Of a DNA stretch of 64,000 nucleotides, positions 55,550-64,000 are shown piece after piece. Numbering within the stretch: the first letter of the stretch is position 1; the number at the start of each line of letters is the position of its first letter. The notes below the pieces were generated by a model. That model saw only the letters and a program-made list of their open reading frames with translations, was not told the origin of the DNA and searched no databases. The DNA lies in assembly GCA_002269645.1 (NCBI GenBank), contig NIVC01002215.1, positions 55,808 through 119,807 on the forward strand, given 5' to 3'. The translations under genes and the position numbers were made by a program. Source of the DNA: Macrostomum lignano (lineage: Eukaryota).

Positions 55550-58500
55550 CAGGCGCGTAACCAGGATTTTGTTTCGGGGGGGGATGCAAAAGTACTTTTG
55601 AAAACGATTGCACTCTATTTTCGTTTTTCTTTTATCCTTATTGTACTCGTATAAAACAAAATTGATGAGGACCGGACCTCTCCAAGTTTAACTCAATTAG
55701 GCCTAAATGTTGCTACTAAGGATGAGACATCAACATCAATCATTGTTTATTTTATTGAGCGTGTAAAAAGTCAACCAGCTATGCATTATATTCCAGTTAA
55801 TTAGCTAATCAGATAAGCAAATTCAAACTTGGATAAGTAGGATAATAATTTGGATAAACTATTAAGTATTAAACTATGAGTATGAATAATTCACCAGACA
55901 TTCACCACTACAATTTTATATTTACATGTACATGTAAATCAGAAATAACAAGTAGTACAATAGGCCATAGAAATTAAAAAATAGAAATATGATTGATACA
56001 AGATGGCAAGTTAGAAAATTTTTAGTAAAATTTAAATTCAAATTACAATATTACATTACTTTTGCATGATTATGAGTCATTGAGTCCATGGCTTAAAGTA
56101 GACGGAGCTGCGGGTCAAACCTCCGTGAGTACTCCTCGACTACTCGATTGTAGTCAAGCAGGATATCTTTGTGAGCAGCCAGTAGGGCAAGTCCATTAAG
56201 CCGGCATTCGCCCATGGTTGATTGGGTATACGTCTTCAAAAGGCGCAAGGTGCTGAATGACCTTTCAGCAGTGCATGTTGTGACTAGAGTCGTAAGGAAG
56301 ATTGTCAGCAGTTTGCAAACATTTGGCCACAAGCTAGGATTGCACCGCTTGATTGCTTGTGAGATGGTCATATCATTTCGCTCAGTTTCTGGCAAATCGC
56401 AACAGAATGCTTGCCAGCGTTCAAATTCTGCCAGGCAAACTGCAGGCATATCTAAAAATGCCGCATACTCCTCGAATGCTTTGGCTGCTGCTAGAGTAGA
56501 CTCAGCTGAGTCAGGGCCTGCACAAAAAGCCGGTAGCAGCTTTGCCATTTGCATGGCAACCTTGGCCGACTTAGAAAAGCACTCGCTGAGTTCAATAATT
56601 ATTAGATCAAGGGCTGGATACCAGATGTTCAGCTTGAATGTATCAGAAACACTAGCGCCTTGGGCATTGCTACGATGTTGGCTGCGATGGGATGCTGATG
56701 CCCGATACTTATCTGGAATTGGCTGATCTCCGTGGTGCTTCTTGTGAAGTTCCTCAGCTGCGGCAAAGACTTCCTTGAATTTGGCAACTTCACAGTCACT
56801 ACGCCAAGCCTTCAAGAGACGGAGAATGCGATCGGCCTCCTCACTGGCAGCAATAAGATCCATTGCCTTTCCCTGAAATAAAGATGCATAGACAAAGCAT
56901 ATATAATTTAGTATTTGCTTGTTTGCTGTACCTTGAATATACCATTGTAAGTACCTCAAATATGTACATGTTATGTACTGCTACTACGTAATCAACACTC
57001 TCATGTAAAATATACACCATACATACTGGTATTATATAAGCTAGATATTGATAGGTGAGGAAACCAGTACTTTATATTTGATATTGTTATTGATACACAT
57101 AGCACATACATGTATTTTATCTGTAAAATTATATTTTTATTGCATTTGTTGTAGGTGCCTCTTACCTGAAGCACAACTGCAAGACCGCGTATTGCACCAA
57201 GCAAGGCCTGAAGAACGTGCAGTGCCACAATTGTCACCGGATTGACAATGTTATTGTACACTGACTGGTCAGCATCATTGAAGTACTCTACTGCTGCATC
57301 AAAGAGTTCGAGAAAGTTAAACACACTATCCAGGCCATCAATGAAGCGCGTGGGACAGAACCGCTTTAGTCGTGTTTTGTTTGTTGAGTTATTCTGACTT
57401 CTTGCCACAACTTCAGAAAATTTCTGCGTTCTTACGGAAGAATGTGAGAAGTGATTTGATGCAGCATCAATTGTTGCAAATGCAGCCTTGAGTTCTCGAA
57501 TGCCGTGCCGGCCATCCACTGCAGCCTTAATGCACAGGTTCAGGCAGTGACTGAAGCAATGTACATAGACTGCATTTGGACAAGTTCTTCGTATCCAGCC
57601 CTGAACTCCTCCTTCAGCACTCATGACAGAGGCACCATCATAGCCTTGGGCAACAAGCCGATCTTTGTCAAGCTGAAGAATATCGAGCTTCTGGTTAATG
57701 GCATCGACAATTGCCACTGAATCTTGCTTCTTGAGTTCAACGAAACCAATAAAGCGTTCTTGGACATTTCCACTTTTGTCAACATAGCGTATGTTAATCG
57801 ACAGCTGCTCCTTACGGGATATATCGCTAGTTCCATCAGCAATTATGGCGTAGAATGACTTGATTGGCTTAACTACGTCATGAATAACTACAGCTTCAAT
57901 ACACTCAATCATCCTGTTCTGTACAACAGGTGACAGACCAGTAGAGTTTAAAGGCCTATTTTGGAGCAGTGTAGCCAGCTTGCTATCCTTTAGAGCATCT
58001 CTCTGCAAAAGGGCATGTAGATTACCTTGTGTGTAATCAACAAGTTCGGGTGCGTCTGGAAGCCTAAGCCGCCCAACATCTTCTCGATGGCTACGAAGAC
58101 CCTGGTTTGTGCGACCAAGGTACTCAATAGCATGTAGAACAGCCTTGAAGATGTACCTGTTGTCCTGAAGAGCTGCATGGGCAGTTGTCTTTAGCTGTGC
58201 CGATATATCACCAGATTCTTCTTGCTGCAGAACTTTTTGGAATGCGTCACATGCTTGCGCATGGTACTGGCAGTCTCGATGCTTAGAGTAGAAGTCAGTG
58301 ATCATCTTAAAGTTAGTAACTAGAATAGTGACCAGTCTGCCTAACTCTTGATTGTTCTTCTGGCCTGCGCCAGTCGATGGTGCAAAAAGAACACACGGCA
58401 GGCAGTAAACACCTTGTTTCCTTGGCGAAAAGTAGAAGCAGCTGTTTGCCCCATTAAGGTGATGGTGATTCAGTCTAAATTTCTGCTTTGCTCCCTCTGT

Positions 58501-59402
58501 GAAAGGTAGCTCGTATTCCACAGAAACCTTTAATGTTTCTTTCATGAAGAGCCATCGAATTTCGGCAGTCAGCTTGCCTTGGATGCGCAGTTGTACAGCA
58601 TCATCAATATCACGAGAGGCAATTCCAGCTAATCCTGTAGCTGTAGGCTCTATAGCTGCTGCTGCTGGTGGTTGTGCTGGTAGGTCTTGGCATTGAGGTT
58701 CTGCAGTTGCAGTCGCAGAAGTAGAACTTCTATTAGTACTGTCAGTGTCACTATTAGGATGGCAGTCACTGTCATTGTTGTCATTGAGAATAATCTCTTC
58801 AGGAACAGGAGCTGATTCATGTTGGTCCTCGTTTTGTAATTGTTGTTGCTGCATAGGAGCCGGAGGAGTACAAGCTCTAAAGAACTGATCAAGCTTCAGT
58901 TGTTTGCTTGGAGGTGGAGCCATATTGGTTAGCTTTTTAATTCATGGTTTGTGCTAGGCCTGGGCTGGGGCAGGGCCTTTAAAACATGTTAACCACAGCT
59001 AAGCTAGCCCACAGATTGGAAGGAAATGTTAATGTACATACATAGTATGATAGTACATATAATCTATAAGACAGGGTAGGAATTGAAAAATAGCTAGCTT
59101 CCTTCCTTCAACCCTCCCCCGCCCGTCCCCCTTGCCCCTCCCCCCGGCAAGGAACTTAGAGTTGAGGAACTTAACTCTAAATGAAGGGCAAGGGTCTTTT
59201 CAAATCTCATTATGCCATCTGTATTCTCACTATTCTGTAATCTGCTCATACATTTACTGGCAGTGGCACTTGGCAGGCAGGCTCCCGTCACTCCAGTCAC
59301 TGATAAAATAAGCAAAAGTGTAAAAAATTCATTACCTAAATTTTTTTTCTTCAGCCCTTTGGGGGGGATGTATCCCCCTATCCCCCCTTGGATACGCCAC
59401 TG
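55550..59402 (-). mobile_element. Intact autonomous hAT DNA transposon, 3853 bp
   Basis: 8-bp TSD ATATGCAC (55542-55549 and 59403-59410). Imperfect TIRs CAGGCGCGTAACCA / CAGTGGCGTATCCA. Encodes a complete transposase. Confidence 0.95.
56093..58923 (-). CDS. hAT transposase (ZMYM1/THAP12-related type), 845 aa, 2 exons
   Basis: Exons 58923-57166 and 56872-56093, phase-0 GTAAGA...TTTCAG intron. TTF-like Zn finger (VYCLPC), IADGTSD, QGYDGA, HCFSHCLNL, PTRF and the C-terminal dimerisation motif TCTAERSFSTLR. Confidence 0.93.
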
Positions 59403-59721
59403 ATATGCACATGATCAAAGAGATATTATAAATACAAGTACAATTATAAATAAATAGCTGAGAAATATATTCTTTCTTATTATAGGGGCCTAGTCTCTAT
59501 TTAGTTAGTTTATAGTTGGAATCACTTCATTTCCACTACTATGGCCTACTATTGAGCTATCTAAAAACTGCAGACTAATAGAATACATTCCTTTCTTAGA
59601 GCAACTGCTTTTGTCTAAGGTAAAGAAACCAATATGCTTATTAAAAATAGCTTTATACCAAGAAAAACAATATATAATAAATTGTGTTTTTGTATTTCCA
59701 CCAGTTTAGCCTACTATAGAG

Positions 59722-61321
59722 TAGGGAGAACAACTTCGAGACTTCACGATCTCGAAAAAATGTTGAGATTCAAGATAAAAATTAAATGTTCAAAAAAACA
59801 TTTCAATCTATAAGAAGCATGTAGCATCATATCATAGAGCCTGATGGTGTCAATGTCAATATTTTGTTTAAATTTTGCATGCTACGAAGAATGTATAGTT
59901 TATATATAGCTGGCATACAGATGCCGATGGTCATGGCTTGCATTAGAGAATGCGCACTATTTTGAGCAATATATTTGTCGTAGGGCTCTTAATTATTCCT
60001 TTTGCTAGCCTTACTAGCTGCCACCAAAGTTGTTACAGGCCTTTTGGCTCTCTATAAGAATTCCACCGTTATGCCACCAAGTTGTGCTAGGGGTTTCCCG
60101 TACGATACAAAATCCTACCGCTGTAACCAAGTTGTCACAGTGCTCTTCCCTGTACACTGAGAATCCTAAATGCCACCCAAAGTTGTAATAAAGCTATTTC
60201 TCCTTAATAATTCTACTGGTTATTAATTGTCTTTCTACTGGTAGCGCATGTACTTCTATCGGTAGCGTATGTACTTCTATTGTACTTTCTAGCCTGAGCG
60301 GTCTAATAGCACTGTCTATTCTATTCCTATGCTTCCCCTAATATTATTATCTCAGTCCTGGGCGTTCCCTGGATCAGAGGGTCACAGCTTATGCTCTTTC
60401 TCTGCCCTGAGGCGATCTTCTCTCGTTATGAGGCGGTTCTCCTGCCCTGAGGCAAATTTACAATTTACTGCCCTGAGGCGGTTTCTCGCTTGTAGTGGTT
60501 TCTGATACTCCCAATTGGGGTTCTTATACTCTAAGAAATGATTAAGTCTTTAAGCGATTTCAATATTTAGAACGAACTAAATTTGCTTATCGAAAACCGA
60601 GAGGCAGCAAACGGTTGCTTCCTCAAGTCTGCTCAGCGTGTCTATTTATACCCAAAATTCGTTATAGTTTAAACAAAATAATAATTGCAGAAATATTTTT
60701 GCAAACCACAAAATTCAAACAAATATTTCGCGCAGATTTGAATAAAGGTTTTTCTAAGAAAGGCAAACATAAAACGAGTAAAATTTAAAAGTATTAGAGC
60801 TATTATTAATGCCTGTCTCATATTTACTATTTTTAATTTATTTGTAATGTAATGCATTTCTGCTTCAAACAATTAATGTTCTAGCAATTCATCGGCTACT
60901 TGAAGTTGACGTCCAAGATCAACACTCAACACGTGTTAAACATGTGGCGTTGATAGTTTCTTTTGTCTCGCTAGTTCGTCAGTTAGGTACCTCGTATCCG
61001 CATAGGAATATTTAATGTGTAATCTGGTTATTTCAATGAGTTGTATTTTTGTTTGCTAATGATGGTTAGCAATACTTTGTTTTACTAGGTTGGCAAAATT
61101 TTATTTAACATTTTGAATTCTGTGCCTTCGGAGACGGTTCTTGGGATCCCGGGAGCTTGTCTAATAGACCTACCACCAGTAGTGGATTTAGAGGATTTAC
61201 TTTATTTCGCATATTAAATATTTTTTGTTGTTCCACTATATGTCTCGAATCTCAATCGAATCTCGAATATCTCGAAGAGGCCAATCTCGAATCTCGAAAA
61301 TTCAATATCGTCCGACCCCTA
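59722..61321. mobile_element. Non-autonomous hAT-like element, 1600 bp
   Basis: TAGGG...CCCCTA termini, 8-bp TSD CTATAGAG (59714-59721 and 61322-61329), subterminal TCGAGA/TCTCGA clusters at both ends. No coding capacity. Confidence 0.75.
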
Positions 61322-61439
61322 CTATAGAGCTATCTAGAAATTGTAGATTAAAAGAATATATTCATTTTTCAAAGCAACTGGTTCTATCTAAATAAAAGAA
61401 ACCAATATGCTTATTAGAAATAGCTTTACACTGAGCTTT

Positions 61440-62800
61440 ACATGCTCTAGCTTTTAGGCAACCCATTGGCATTGGACTTAAATCTTGTGCCAATTTCTGC
61501 AGTAATAGTGCTGTAGTTGTGTGTTGGCAACAATGCAAAATTGATTGAAGAATGTGATATAAGTGTCTTCATCTTTCATGTAAATCATCTTCCTAAGCAA
61601 ACTCAGTGTGTCCTCTTTATACTTTTCATCCCTTGTCCATCTGAAAAGTTGCATAACATGAAAAAGACAGATTTCAAGCGTCATATTGTTCATTTCATTG
61701 CAGAAAATGTCTTGCTCAATACAGTCCTTGTCTAAAATGACTATTCAAATACAATCTACTTTGGTAACAGCCATTTCAGTAATAGCCAATTAACATCTCA
61801 AATATCTTATTGCATATATTGTTAAACTTTCTAGTTAAACTGTATTATACTTTGTTTAAACTTGCGCAGTAACTTTGTGAAAAATTTAAAGGCAAAGAAA
61901 ATTAAGCAAAGTAAGCTCCCATACATTTATGGAAAAAATTTAAATAATTAATGAAAAAAGTAGATTCTGTAATTTAAGTCACTATTTGCTAACTATATCA
62001 GAGATTCCAATGTACACAATACACAAAATTTGGTCAATTATAGGATGTCTTGGCGGCATATAGTCTGACTCATCCAGAAATTGAAATAGATCAATTAAAA
62101 CACTTTAAAACAAGTTAAGCACATGGAGCTACGCATGTGTTTCATCGTTCTTTCTTTAAAGTTTGTTTGCACATTCTTTCAGAGCATATCAATTAATGCA
62201 TATTATATTACTCACTTGTTACCAAAATGGCTATTACCAAAATGGCTGTTACTGAAGTGGACTGTTACCGACTATTCTGTGCGCACCAATGAAGGGTTTC
62301 TTGCTTTGAATTACTCCACAAAGGGGCCTCAAAGGTTGCCTTGTTTTCATTCTTAACAATCCAAATAGCTACAATCTTGCTCTCTATTCACATCTTCTAC
62401 AACAATTAAACAGATAAGCATTCACAATTTATTCAGTTTGTACATGGCATCTACAAACAAGGCTTTAGAAAAATGATCAAACATGAGGTTTACTAAACCA
62501 TTTTGAAATAAGATTGCTTCAACAACATGACCATCATCAACATTGGAAGAAAAGACACTGACATTAGCACCTAGCTAACTTTTTAACAGTTTAACAACTT
62601 CCTCAACTTCATTGCTGTCCTCACATCAACTGAACTGCTTCAACTTCAAAGAAAGGTTGTGATGATCCTACAAAATCACAGTTTTGCCCTGCTGTAACAA
62701 ATGTGCTTGCAGAAGTTTTTTGTTGCAACTAAGCCTCAACATGTGTTCAATGTCCTTTTTCTCCTTGTGTGACAACTGTCTTTGTTGAGGCAAATGAGCA
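61440..62800 (-). mobile_element. Decayed Mutator-like (MULE) transposase relic
   Basis: Minus strand: AILFQNG..MFDHFSKALFVDAMYKLN (~62510-62432, first catalytic D), KIVAIWIVKNE (~62375-62345) and ICLFHVMQLFR...YYCRNWHKI (ORF 61478-61693). Several stops and frameshifts. Confidence 0.7.
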
Positions 62801-64000
62801 AAGGCCTCCTAAAGTGACAAGAGAAGCATGAAGAGGTTTTAAAACACCCTCTGAAGTATTATTAATTAAATTATATTTATTGCTAGGGTGTTACTAGGGT
62901 TTCATAGGCCATTTAAAGTAGGCCTAGTTTTTTATGAAAACACTCAGCTGGTGGCCTAAAACACATACAAGCTAGCTGACAATCTTTTTACTAGGCAAAA
63001 GCAGCTTTTTACTAGGCAAAAGTAGTACTAAGTAGATAATGAGGCATTTTGCCTTAATAAGACAGTCATAGTTACTCCTGCCGTTTACCCAAAGTTAAGT
63101 TAATTTTGCTTTAGGGTTTCTTTTACATGTAAGTCACATTTTTGGCCATTTTTTAAACTAAGTCGCATAGCCAAACAAATTTTTGAGGTTGTGCATGTAC
63201 GCTCAGTCTTGTTTCTCTCTCATTCTTTCTCTCACTTACTCATTGTCAGTCTCACCTTTGACCAGGGTCTCTCTATCCCCTTGTTTATTTATTAGGGAAT
63301 TGTCTCTTTGATTTATGCTACTACAATGTATTTATACTATACAATTTTTAAAAAATGTTAAATAAATATCCAACAACCTGAAGATACCTAATATTAGACA
63401 AAACATGTCATTTGAATGAGAAAAGATGCTTACAATTTCCTTCCTTAAAAACATTGCTTTTTGAATATTTGATGCAGTTTAAATTGGTACAAATTTTATA
63501 TATGAATTTTGCCAAATGAATCTAAGTTATAATTGGGCCTATTTACTATTGCACCCATCTGCATCTGAACTATATTATTGTACCTTCTGTGTTAAATAAC
63601 AAAAACAAGATTATAACAATGCAAGGATTAATAAAAGGCTTATTTCATTCACACACATTGCATTTCAAGGCCAACTTATATCCCGCTTTATTTCATTACT
63701 CATCCATTAGACTGGTTGGTAAATGATAAAATTCAAGATGAAATAGGCCTATTACAAATTGCAAGTCTATCATACAAGGGGCCATAAAGCTTTTAGTTTT
63801 ATTGTGAACATACATTCTATACTGTATACTTGATAAACAAATAAAGTGAATAAAGTTGACTAATATAATATTAATATAAATATTATTAGGCCTATCTCTT
63901 AGGCTATATAAAAAATTATATGTCTATTATTATTATATCTACCATTTTATTAATATGCTCTATATACCAATAAATAATAATAAACACATTAATAATTATA

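Overview
This is eukaryotic, intron-containing, repeat-rich animal DNA. The GC-rich exons, minisatellite-filled introns, TTAGGG repeats and Mag-type retrotransposons suggest a free-living flatworm such as Macrostomum, which is an inference. Bases 1-26 kb are mostly transposon-derived. They hold decayed LINEs, a chain of (AAC)n-tailed LINE 3' ends, a very young 4.5-kb Ty3/Gypsy element (identical LTRs, 5-bp TSD), a second frameshifted Gypsy element and an older Gypsy relic. These lie around two paralogous secreted S1 serine-protease genes, the second with a 1-nt frameshift. Bases 27-42 kb hold four same-strand housekeeping genes (CAMLG/GET2-like, SPG21/maspardin, DCAF7, RNF5/RNF185-like), each with a splice-acceptor AG just before its ATG, forming a candidate trans-spliced operon. 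Convergent with them is a tiny two-exon gene missed by the ORF track, encoding a 35-aa, 9-Cys metallothionein-like peptide; this is the most interesting new item. Bases 43.6-52.9 kb encode RAPGEF1/C3G on the minus strand (8 exons reconstructed, 5' end not found). The right end contains an intact 3.85-kb hAT transposon (8-bp TSD, intron-containing 845-aa transposase), a non-autonomous hAT-like element and a MULE relic. Nearly every long intron is a different minisatellite, and some repeat units contain the splice junction itself. All exon structures were reconstructed by hand from GT-AG sites and reading frame. Family assignments come from recognised motifs, not database searches.
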